Shown here: positions 48,914-57,106 of the stretch, piece after piece | How the letters are laid out: each line of letters opens with the position of its first letter | Position numbering within the stretch: the first letter of the stretch is position 1 | Assembly: GCA_039714495.1 (NCBI GenBank) | Contig: JBDLJD010000002.1 | Span: 268 to 64,267 of the forward strand | Source of the DNA: Thermodesulfobacteriota bacterium | GTDB taxonomy: Bacteria > Desulfobacterota > Desulfobacteria > Desulfobacterales > B30-G6 | Length of the DNA: 64,000 nt | Direction of reading: 5' to 3' | Position numbers and translations under genes: made by a program | Notes under the pieces: model-generated | Databases searched by the model: none | What the model was told of the DNA's origin: nothing | The model's input: the letters and a program-made list of their open reading frames with translations, nothing else

Positions 48914-51900
48914 TTAGACCGCTTCGTTCATGGCAAAAATCTGTGCAAAAATCTGGTCGTTGTCAAATCCCTTCAGCTTGATGGCGCCGGAGCGGCAGGA
49001 AGCCACGCAAAGGCCGCAGCCTTTGCACAGGACCGGGTTGATCTTAGCCTTGCCTGTGAATGGACCTTCCTCGATAAATGCCGGTGCCGAATAGGGGCAG
49101 ATGGAAACACACACCGCACATGAGCTGCAGTTCATGGGCACGGTTTCGGCAATGGTTCCGCTGGTGTGGATCGTTTCACGCGCCAGCAGCGTGACCGCTC
49201 TGGATGCCGCCGCTCTTCCCTGGACCACGGACTCGTCTATGGGTTTGGGGTAGTGGGCCAGGCCGCACAGGAACACACCATCGGTGGCAAATTCCGAAGG
49301 ACCGAGCTTGGCGTGCTTTTCCACGAAAAAGCCGTCATCATTCAGTGACACCTTGAAAAAGTTGGCCAGAGCCTCGTCCTTGTTGGGCACCACGGCCGAG
49401 GCCAGGGTAACAAGGTCGGTTGCGATTTCCAACGGCCGCCCCAGCACATGGTCGGTCACCGTAATTTTAATCTCACCGTTGTCCAGGTCAAGCACCGGTT
49501 TATTGTCGACGGCGTAGCGGACAAAAATGATGCCTTTTTCACGGGCTTCCCGGTAGATATACTCGCGTTCACCGTAGGTGCGGATGTCCCGGTATAGAAT
49601 GTAAACGCTCATTTCCGGGTTGGTTTTTTTCAGTTCCAGGGCGTTGTCAATGGAATGCGTGCAGCAGACCTTGGAGCAGTATGGCCGTTCCGGTTCCCTT
49701 GATCCCACGCACTGGATAAAGACTGCCGACTTTAGCTCTTTCAGGGCAGGATCCTTGTCCATGAATTTGCGATCAAGTTCCAGGCTGGTCAGGATACGCG
49801 GGTCGTCTCCATAGTGATACTCCCGGGGCTTGAGAGCTGAGGCACCGGTGGCCACGACAGCCACGCCGTGTTCCAGTTCCGTTTCCTTACCGTCAGCAGC
49901 CAGCGTAGCCTTGAAGCTGCCCACAAAGCCTTCAACGTTTTTAAGCTCAGTACTCAGGTGCACATGGATATTTTCATTCTGGTCGACATCGGCGATGAGA
50001 TGGGACAGTTTTTCCTGAACATCGTCGCCCGAAATCGTTCTGAACAGGTTGAGGGCCTGACCACCCAGTGCATCGCTTTTTTCCACGATGTGGGTTTCAT
50101 ACCCATGTTGGGCCAGGGTCGAGGCCGCACTCATGCCGGCGATGCCGCCGCCGATGATCATGGCGGTTTGGTTGACTTGCAGTTCCGCTTCCTCCAAGGG
50201 CTGCATGAGCGCCACCTTGGAGACGGCCATACGTACCAGGTCTTTGGCTTTTTCCGTGGCCATGTCTGGGTTGTTTTTGTGGACCCAGGAGTCTTGGTTA
50301 CGGATGTTGCACATCTCGAAAAGGTATTTGTTGAGCCCTGCATTGATCAAGGTTTCCTGAAACAAAGGTTCGTGGGTTTTCGGTGTACAAGCCGCCACCA
50401 CCACCCGGTTCAGGTTTTTCTGCTTGATGATCTGGGTCATGGTCTCCTGGGTGTCCTGGGCACAGGAGTATAGATTGTCCGAAAAATATTCCACATAGGG
50501 CAGGGTTGCTGCATAATCACGGACGGCCGGTACATCCACCACACCGGCGATGTTGATGCCGCAGCGGCAGACGAACACGCCGATACGGGGGCGTTCGCCG
50601 AAAACGTTGGTTTCCGGAACAACTTCGGGGGTCAGGGTTCGGGTGTTGCGGGCCGCGCTCAGCACTGCGCCTGCGCTGCCGGCTGCTGCACTGGCGTCGA
50701 TGACCGATTGGGGGATATCCTTGGGGCCCTGAAAGGCGCCGCAAACATAGATACCCTTTTGGGATGTTTCCACCGGCTCGAAGGTCTCTGTTTTACAGAA
50801 ATTGCCCTCGGTCAGCTCAATGTCCAGCTTTTTGGCCAGGGCTACGGTTTCAGGGTTGGTCTGCAGGCCGATGGAGAGGACGACCTGGTCGAATGTTTCG
50901 TTTTGCAGTTCGCCCGACTCCGTGACATAGCGTACCGACAGGTCATCGGATCCGGCTACCGGGTCAATGGTGTGCACCCGGCTGCGCACGAAGCGCACGC
51001 CCTTTTCCTGGGCATTGTTGTAGAAGCGTTCAAAATCTTTGCCATGGGTGCGCATGTCCATGTAAAATATGGTACACTCCAGATCATCGCCGGCATGTTC
51101 CTTGGCGATGACGGATTCCTTAATGGCATACATGCAGCAGACCGAAGAACAATAGGAATTGTCGCACCGGTTGAGATCCCGGGAGCCCACGCATTGAAAC
51201 CAGGCGATCTTTTTGGGTTCCTTGTGATCGGATGGGCGCACCAGATGACCCCCTGTAGGGCCTGATGCCGACAGGATCCGCTCCATCTCCATGGAGGTGA
51301 TCACGTTCGGGTGGTTGGCATAGTTGTAGGAATCGAATTTGGACGGGTCAAAGGGCTCAAATCCGGGGGCCAGAATGATGGATCCCACTTCGAGCTCCAC
51401 AATCTCGTCTTCCATGGTGTGGTCAATGGCGTCAACCCCGCAGAATTCCGTACAGACCTTGCAGCCGCCTGTTTTGAAATGCACACAGACATCCCGGTCA
51501 ATGGCCGGGGTGTTGGGCACGGCCTGGGCATAGGGCACATAAACCGGCTTTCTGCCATTGAGGCCCATGTCGTATTCGCTGGGAATCGGCTGGACATCCT
51601 TGTGGCGGGTGATTATTTCGTTGATCTTTTCAAGGGTGATGTGACCGGTGGGGCAGACCGAGGCGCAGGCGCCGCAGGCCATGCAGACATCGCTCTGGAG
51701 GTGATAAGGCGTGTCCACCTTCATCTCCACCCCCCTGCCGGTGAGGCTGATGGCGCTGTTGCCCATGCGTTCGCACATGCGTACGCACAGTCCACAAAGA
51801 ATGCAGTCGTCGCCCTCGGTTTTGAAGCGCGGTTTTTCTATGCCGTACTCTTTAGCAAGCTTTTTCAGCATGGGGACGTCGGGGCACCTCGCCAGGAGCA

Positions 51901-52171
51901 GTTCCACGATCAGCTTGCGCCCCTGGTGAACCGCTTCGGAATCGGTGGTGATCTCCATACCCTCCCAGATGGGGTAGTTGCAGGCGGTTACGAACCGGCT
52001 CCTGCGGCCGTCAAAAAGCTCTACCGTGCAGAGGCGGCACATACCGGCCGGCTCCAGTGCCTTGTGGTGGCACATGGTCGGGATATCGACACCGTATTTT
52101 TCAGCGACCTGAAGGATGTATTGCCCTTCTTCGCCTTGAACTGTTTTGCCGTTGAGCTTAAACGTGATCAT
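48914..52171 (-). CDS. 1085-aa fusion of three parts: a NuoG/FdhA-type N-terminus ([2Fe-2S] + 2x[4Fe-4S]), the C-terminal part of an HdrA FAD domain, and a complete second HdrA-like unit
   Basis: Residues 1-190 are MITFKLNGK...CHHKALEPAGMCRLC...CILCGLCVRMC...CMACGACASVCP. Then come the HdrA-like GSIILAPGF...WFQCVGSRD...YCSSVCCMYAIKE...CGAFQGPKDI. The second unit is IGVFVCRCGINIAG...IIGGGIAGMSAA...FIQCVGSRE...CSKVCCTHS...CSSCAVCVSICP...CKGCGLCVASC. Confidence 0.85.
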   Translation of the reverse strand: MITFKLNGKTVQGEEGQYILQVAEKYGVDIPTMCHHKALEPAGMCRLCTVELFDGRRSRFVTACNYPIWEGMEITTDSEAVHQGRKLIVELLLARCPDVPMLKKLAKEYGIEKPRFKTEGDDCILCGLCVRMCERMGNSAISLTGRGVEMKVDTPYHLQSDVCMACGACASVCPTGHITLEKINEIITRHKDVQPIPSEYDMGLNGRKPVYVPYAQAVPNTPAIDRDVCVHFKTGGCKVCTEFCGVDAIDHTMEDEIVELEVGSIILAPGFEPFDPSKFDSYNYANHPNVITSMEMERILSASGPTGGHLVRPSDHKEPKKIAWFQCVGSRDLNRCDNSYCSSVCCMYAIKESVIAKEHAGDDLECTIFYMDMRTHGKDFERFYNNAQEKGVRFVRSRVHTIDPVAGSDDLSVRYVTESGELQNETFDQVVLSIGLQTNPETVALAKKLDIELTEGNFCKTETFEPVETSQKGIYVCGAFQGPKDIPQSVIDASAAAGSAGAVLSAARNTRTLTPEVVPETNVFGERPRIGVFVCRCGINIAGVVDVPAVRDYAATLPYVEYFSDNLYSCAQDTQETMTQIIKQKNLNRVVVAACTPKTHEPLFQETLINAGLNKYLFEMCNIRNQDSWVHKNNPDMATEKAKDLVRMAVSKVALMQPLEEAELQVNQTAMIIGGGIAGMSAASTLAQHGYETHIVEKSDALGGQALNLFRTISGDDVQEKLSHLIADVDQNENIHVHLSTELKNVEGFVGSFKATLAADGKETELEHGVAVVATGASALKPREYHYGDDPRILTSLELDRKFMDKDPALKELKSAVFIQCVGSREPERPYCSKVCCTHSIDNALELKKTNPEMSVYILYRDIRTYGEREYIYREAREKGIIFVRYAVDNKPVLDLDNGEIKITVTDHVLGRPLEIATDLVTLASAVVPNKDEALANFFKVSLNDDGFFVEKHAKLGPSEFATDGVFLCGLAHYPKPIDESVVQGRAAASRAVTLLARETIHTSGTIAETVPMNCSSCAVCVSICPYSAPAFIEEGPFTGKAKINPVLCKGCGLCVASCRSGAIKLKGFDNDQIFAQIFAMNEAV

Positions 52172-52192
52172 TTTTTATTCCTTCATGAAAAT

Positions 52193-54124
52193 TTAGCAAA
52201 TAGCAATTGCATTGAATTTACACGCGTCGTAGCAGATGCTGCACTTGATGCAGAGTTCCTGGTCCAGGGTGTGCGGCTTTTTCTTGTCGCCGCTGATGGC
52301 GTCCTGCGGGCATTTGCGGGCACAGACGTGACAGCCGTTACAGGCTTCGGCATCGATTTCATAATGGAAAAGGGCCTTGCAGACGCCTGCCGGACATTTT
52401 TTGTCCCTGATGTGCGCTTCATACTCGTCCCGAAAATAAAGAATCGTTGTCAGGACCGGATTCGGAGCTGAGGTTCCCAGACCGCACAGGGAGAACTTCT
52501 GAATCATACTGCCCAACTCTTCCAGAAGTTCGATGTCCCCTTCCTTACCGTTGCCGGCGCAGATATCGGTCAGGATATCCAGAACCTGCTTTATGCCTTC
52601 ACGGCAGGGGTTGCACTGCCCGCAGGACTCCTCCTTGAGGAAATCCATGAAGTAGCGGGCCACATCCACCATGCAAGTATCCTGGTCCATGGCAATCATG
52701 CCACCGGAGCCCATGATGGAACCTACTTCGGCCAGTTTCTGATAGTCCACCGGCAGGTCCATGAAGCGTTCGGGGATGCACCCGCCCGACGGGCCGCCGG
52801 TCTGAATCGCCTTGAATCGTTTCTTTTTGGGAATACCTCCGCCGATGGTGAATGCGATTTCCTTCAGGGAAATGCCCATGGGTACTTCCACCAAGCCGGT
52901 GTTCTTGATCTTGCCCACCAGGCTGAAGACCTTGGTGCCCTTGCTGTGGTCCGTGCCCATGCCGGCATACCACTCGGCGCCTTGGAGCACGATGGCGGGA
53001 ACGTTGGCATAGGTTTCCACATTGTTGAGGTTCGTGGGGCCTTCGCGGAACCCTTTTTCCACAGTGTGCACGTACTTGGCTCTGGGGCGGCCGACATTGC
53101 CTTCCAGGGAGGCCATCAAAGCGGTGGATTCACCGCAGACAAAAGCTCCGGCCCCGGTGGAAATCTTGATGTTGAAACTGTAGTCCGTACCGGCGATGTT
53201 GTCTCCCAAAAGGCCGCAGGCTTCGGCCTGCTTTATGGCGGTTACCAGCCGTTTGACCGCCAGGGGATACTCGTTGCGCACATAAATGTAACCCTGGCGG
53301 GAACCGATGGCATAGCCGGCGATCAGCATGCCCTCCAGCACGCTGTGCGGGTCTCCTTCCAGGATGCTCCTGTCCATGTAGGCGCCCGGGTCCCCTTCAT
53401 CCGCGTTGCAGATGATGTACCGGTCGCCGTCGTGTTTGGCACAGGTAGCCCACTTGATGCCGGTGGGGAACCCGCCGCCGCCCCGGCCCCTCAAGCCCGA
53501 TGCCTTGATGGTTTCCAGGATTTTTCCCGGTTCCGAGTGCTCGAGCATCTGTAGCAACGCCCGGTAGCCCTTTTTGGCAATGTATTCTTCGATGCAGTCC
53601 GGGTCGATATACCCGCAGTTGCGCAAGGCGATTTTTACCTGACCTTTATAAAAAGGTATGTCTTCCAAGAATGGGATGGCTTCAAAGGGTTCGACCTTGC
53701 CCATAGGATTGTCAATCTCCGCTTCCAGAATGGACCGGGGATCGCGCATTTGGCCGAGGATCCATTTTTTCTTGGAGAGGCCGTTTTGGTAGTCGTCAAC
53801 CGCGTCCAGAATTTTGTCCGGAGTAATGTTTTTATACATCACCCTGGGGCGGCCGTTGGTCAGGATTTCGACCAGGGGCTCCATTTCGCAGTATCCGATG
53901 CATCCCGTCTGGCTGACCTGGATCGCCCTGTCCGCTGCGAAAGCTTCAGCAGCGGTTTTGAATGCCGCTTCGGCGCCGGCGGCAATACCACAGGAGGCCA
54001 TGCCGATGTTCACTTTTATGGAATCCGGGTAGTAAAGGCTGGTGCTGTATTCCCGGGTAATCTTTTCTAAGTCTTTTACAGACTGGATTTTCATGATTTT
54101 AGCCTCTTCAACGTCTTTATTCAT
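52193..54124 (-). CDS. NuoF/HydB/HndC-like NAD(P)H-binding FMN iron-sulfur flavoprotein
   Basis: 643 aa. It has an N-terminal thioredoxin-like [2Fe-2S] region, the NuoF core (GRGGGGFPTGIKW, NADEGDPGA, ESCGQCNPCREG) and a C-terminal 2x[4Fe-4S]. Confidence 0.9.
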   Translation of the reverse strand: MNKDVEEAKIMKIQSVKDLEKITREYSTSLYYPDSIKVNIGMASCGIAAGAEAAFKTAAEAFAADRAIQVSQTGCIGYCEMEPLVEILTNGRPRVMYKNITPDKILDAVDDYQNGLSKKKWILGQMRDPRSILEAEIDNPMGKVEPFEAIPFLEDIPFYKGQVKIALRNCGYIDPDCIEEYIAKKGYRALLQMLEHSEPGKILETIKASGLRGRGGGGFPTGIKWATCAKHDGDRYIICNADEGDPGAYMDRSILEGDPHSVLEGMLIAGYAIGSRQGYIYVRNEYPLAVKRLVTAIKQAEACGLLGDNIAGTDYSFNIKISTGAGAFVCGESTALMASLEGNVGRPRAKYVHTVEKGFREGPTNLNNVETYANVPAIVLQGAEWYAGMGTDHSKGTKVFSLVGKIKNTGLVEVPMGISLKEIAFTIGGGIPKKKRFKAIQTGGPSGGCIPERFMDLPVDYQKLAEVGSIMGSGGMIAMDQDTCMVDVARYFMDFLKEESCGQCNPCREGIKQVLDILTDICAGNGKEGDIELLEELGSMIQKFSLCGLGTSAPNPVLTTILYFRDEYEAHIRDKKCPAGVCKALFHYEIDAEACNGCHVCARKCPQDAISGDKKKPHTLDQELCIKCSICYDACKFNAIAIC

Positions 54125-54620
54125 ATTGGTCTAAAATGCGGTCTATTTCGTCGGATGCGATGCGGCCGTGCATGTCTTCGTTGATTTTCACGACCGGCCC
54201 CAGGCTGCAGCAGCCGATACAGCGCACGGATTCCAGGGTGAAGCGCTGGTCTTCCGTGGTCTGGCCATCGTTGATCTCCAGGTTTTCCTGGATGCGTTCC
54301 CGTACCCTCTCGCCGCCGCGCACGTGGCAGGCGGTGCCGAGGCAGATGGAAATGATGTTGCGCCCCCTGGGTTCCAGGCTGAAGGTGCTGTAGAAGGTGG
54401 CCACACCGTATATTTTGCTGTAGGGAATGCCGATTTTGGCGGAAAGATAGTTCAGCGCCGGTTGGGGTAGATAATTGTACTTGCGCTGTATGGCCTGAAG
54501 GATCATGATCAGATTTTCTTTGTTGTTGCCGAATTCATCCTCGATAATGGTGTCGAGTTCCATAAAATCGACTTCTGTTTCAATATGTTGATCGCTTTCC
54601 AGCGGAATAGCTTGGTTCAT
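54117..54620 (-). CDS. NuoE/HndA-like thioredoxin-fold [2Fe-2S] subunit
   Basis: 167 aa containing ICLGTACHVRGG and VRCIGCCSLGPVV. It overlaps the NuoF-like start by 8 nt. Confidence 0.9.
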   Translation of the reverse strand: MNQAIPLESDQHIETEVDFMELDTIIEDEFGNNKENLIMILQAIQRKYNYLPQPALNYLSAKIGIPYSKIYGVATFYSTFSLEPRGRNIISICLGTACHVRGGERVRERIQENLEINDGQTTEDQRFTLESVRCIGCCSLGPVVKINEDMHGRIASDEIDRILDQYE

Positions 54621-54676
54621 GGGACCATCTCCGAATCAAATCATGTGAATTTTGGTTGTATGTCTTAAAAGGCTGC

Positions 54677-55063
54677 TCAGCAATTTGCGGGCAATTGCAC
54701 CACAGGGCAGTTCTCCACGCAGGCGCCGCATCCGGTGCAGAGATCCATGTTGATGCTTCGGGCGCGCTTTTTAACTTTTACTTTAAAATTGCCTGATTCG
54801 CCTTCGACAGATTCAAGATCTGCATATGTGATAAGCTCGATGTTCAGATGCCGGCCGACCTCGACCAGTACAGGGGAAATAATTCACATCGCGCAGTCAT
54901 TGGTGGGAAAGGTCTTGTCCAGTTGCGACATGACGCCACCTATGGAGGGGGATTTCTCAAGAAGGTAAACATAGTACCCGGAATTTGCCAGGTCGAGCGC
55001 GGACTGCATTCCGGCGATACCACCACCGACAACCAGTACCGAACCGATTACATCCTTTGCCAT
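54677..55063 (-). CDS. 128-aa stand-alone HdrA N-terminal fragment with in-frame UGA (selenocysteine)
   Basis: ATG at 55063 follows AGGAGA. The product is [62 protein letters not shown](54884-54886)[68 protein letters not shown]. Stop TGA is at 54677-54679. I translated the 68 post-UGA codons by hand and found no other stop. Confidence 0.75.
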
Positions 55064-55147
55064 TGTGTTTCTCCTGATAAAAATTATGTAAAAACAAATA
55101 GATAAATTGATTTCCATTTGCAGGCCCTGTCGAAGGACCAAGGAATG

Positions 55148-55176
55148 TATGTATATGGTGAAAAAATACTTGTCAA
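55148..55176 (-). promoter_or_regulatory. Possible sigma70-type promoter for the hdrA'-nuoEF operon
   Basis: The minus strand reads TTGACA (55176-55171), a 17-nt spacer, then TACATA (55153-55148). It lies between the upstream terminator and the 55063 start. Confidence 0.35.
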
Positions 55177-55225
55177 TAGAATTTGGCGAGAAATGAATGC
55201 GAATTCATTTGTTTTTTCTTATGGA

Positions 55226-55269
55226 AAAACTAGAACAGCCTGACCGGTTGGTCAGGCTGTTCTAGTTTT
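55226..55269 (-). terminator. Strong rho-independent terminator after the double-receiver gene
   Basis: Perfect 20-bp stem AAAACTAGAACAGCCTGACC-GGTT-GGTCAGGCTGTTCTAGTTTT with T-runs on both strands. Confidence 0.8.
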
Positions 55270-55290
55270 CACCCATTGCGAAAAAGGGAA

Positions 55291-56955
55291 TTAAGCAGCT
55301 AAGTGGAGCGCCTTCTCCGTGGCATTGCGAATTTCATCCGGCGTAAACGGCTTGGGCAGGTAATCGACGGCGCCCATGCGCGTGGCCTCCACAGCAGTCT
55401 CGATACTGGCGTAGCCGGTGATCATGATGACCTTGGCTTCGGGATTGTTGTCCCGGATGGCCTGGAGGAGTTCAAGCCCTTGCACCCCCGGTATCTTGAG
55501 ATCCAGCAGGATCAGCTTGTAGGGATGGGCCGCGATTCTTTCGAGGGCTTCTTCCTTGGTCACGGCCTGGTCCACCTGATAGTCATTTTTAACCAGAATT
55601 TTACGGATATTGTTGTTGACCGCCACCTCGTCATCGATGACCAGAATGTTTTTGTGCACTGATTCCTTGGGGAATTCGTAAACATGGGCAGTGGGGGCGT
55701 CCTGCTCGGCCATCATGCGGGCGACATTCTGCTTCAGGGTTTCATAAGGGACCTGCACGATACCGTCATAAACCAGGTTTTCCACATAGGCAGTGCCGGT
55801 CACGGCCATAACTTCTTCGTAATTAAAGGGTTGGTCGATACCGATCAGCTTTTTGACATCATGGGTTTTTTGGGCCTTGGCCGCACGCTTTTTCTTAGCC
55901 AGTTGGGGGCACTTCTGGGTCTTGGTTCCAGCCTTGCAGGTGGCGCCCAGTTTTTTGAAGATGTCGCATACCATACTGCCCATCTCGCAGAAGCCTTCCA
56001 ACTGTTCCGATGCAGTGATTTCGATTACGGGCATGTCGGAGGACCCCAGGCTCTTGGCGTATTCTTCTCCGGTTACCTCGGCCACTTCATCACGGTCAAA
56101 GGGGATGTCCACGTCAATGGGTTTGCTTTCCAGAAAGCCGGCCACATTCTTTTTCAATTCCTCGTAGGGTATGTAGGACACGCCTTCATTCTGCATGGCG
56201 TAAACGTACTCGGGGCCGGTCACGGCCGCAACTTCCTCGTAATCAAAGGGCTGGTCAATGCCCACCAGCTTCTTGACGTCCGGCGTCTTCTTGGCCTTGG
56301 CAGCTCTTTTTTTCTTGGCCAGTTGGGGGCACTTCTGGGTCTTGTTGCCGGCCTTGCAGGTGGCGCCCAGCTTTTTGAAGATGTCGCACACCATGCTGCC
56401 CATTTCGCAGAAGCCTTCCAGGGGTTCCAAGGCCTTGACCTCGATGATGGGCATGCCGGAGGGCCCCAGGCTTTTGGCGTATTCCTCGCCGGTTACTTCG
56501 GCCACTTCGTCGGCATCAAAGGGCAGGTCAATGTCGATGGCGTTGATAGCTTCCCGCTCCTCTTTGCTAGTGGGGGCCTCATTGAGCTCGCCGTCCAGCG
56601 CCTTTTCTACCGTGTTGCGCAACTCATCCGGGGTAAACGGTTTTGGGATATAATCCAGGGCGCCCATCTTGATTGCCTTGACGGCCGTGTCCGTGGAGGC
56701 ATAGGCGGTCATCATCACAGCTTTGGTCAGGGGCCACTGCTCTTTGACCAGTTTGAGAAGTTCGAGCCCGTTTTTCCCGGGCATGACAATGTCTGAGATC
56801 AGCAGGGAAAAGGAATCCAAGGCCATTTTTTCCAGGGCCTCGTCTGCGCTCTCCGCGTGTACCACCTCATAGTTGCCTTTCTTGAGGATTTTTTCCACGT
56901 TGCTGCAGATGCTCTTTTCATCATCGACCACGATAATTTTCTGGGCTGCTTCCAT
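55291..56955 (-). CDS. Double receiver-domain protein with a central tandem 140-aa Cys4/Lys-rich repeat
   Basis: 554 aa. REC domains lie at both ends (IIVVDDE...ISDIVMPG...MMTAY...KPF and ILVIDDE...LLDLKIPG...MITGY...KPF). Between them are two about 85%-identical copies of IDxDxPFDxDEVAEVTGEEYAKSLG...EGFCEMGSMVCDIFKKLGATCKAGxKTQKCPQLAKKKRAAKAxKT...IDQPFxYEEVxAVTG. The DNA period is 420 nt (for example 55901 versus 56321). Confidence 0.85.
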   Translation of the reverse strand: MEAAQKIIVVDDEKSICSNVEKILKKGNYEVVHAESADEALEKMALDSFSLLISDIVMPGKNGLELLKLVKEQWPLTKAVMMTAYASTDTAVKAIKMGALDYIPKPFTPDELRNTVEKALDGELNEAPTSKEEREAINAIDIDLPFDADEVAEVTGEEYAKSLGPSGMPIIEVKALEPLEGFCEMGSMVCDIFKKLGATCKAGNKTQKCPQLAKKKRAAKAKKTPDVKKLVGIDQPFDYEEVAAVTGPEYVYAMQNEGVSYIPYEELKKNVAGFLESKPIDVDIPFDRDEVAEVTGEEYAKSLGSSDMPVIEITASEQLEGFCEMGSMVCDIFKKLGATCKAGTKTQKCPQLAKKKRAAKAQKTHDVKKLIGIDQPFNYEEVMAVTGTAYVENLVYDGIVQVPYETLKQNVARMMAEQDAPTAHVYEFPKESVHKNILVIDDEVAVNNNIRKILVKNDYQVDQAVTKEEALERIAAHPYKLILLDLKIPGVQGLELLQAIRDNNPEAKVIMITGYASIETAVEATRMGAVDYLPKPFTPDEIRNATEKALHLAA

Positions 56956-57015
56956 AATTTACCTCCGTTGTGCAAGAAAGGGATTTACAATTTCAAATGT
57001 TGTATTTGTAAGAAC

Positions 57016-57031
57016 TGCACGAGTTGTGCCA
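57016..57031 (-). promoter_or_regulatory. Sigma54 (-24/-12) promoter upstream of the double-receiver gene
   Basis: The minus strand reads TGGCACAACTCGTGCA, with GG and GC at the canonical spacing of TGGCACG-N4-TTGCW. It lies 61-76 nt upstream of the ATG at 56955, which has a GGAGGT RBS. Confidence 0.7.
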
Positions 57032-57106
57032 AGAAAAGATAAATTATATAACATGTTGATTTATAAACTGAAAAAGAAATTTAATCGCTTGTGTTAAGGC
57101 TTGTGG

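Noticed and set aside
51311-52471. 386-aa plus-strand ORF, with 45566-46267, 47581-48315, 55684-56796 and 57239-58012, opposite the Hdr-like and regulator genes
   Set aside because: All are antisense to genes with strong family signatures. None has an RBS or motifs.
55064-55225. A second sigma54 promoter or TGTAT-N9-ATACA site directly upstream of the hdrA-fragment operon
   Set aside because: No GG-N10-GC match with correct spacing is present on the minus strand. TGTAT words are present (55146-55156), but no partner ATACA lies at 9 nt.
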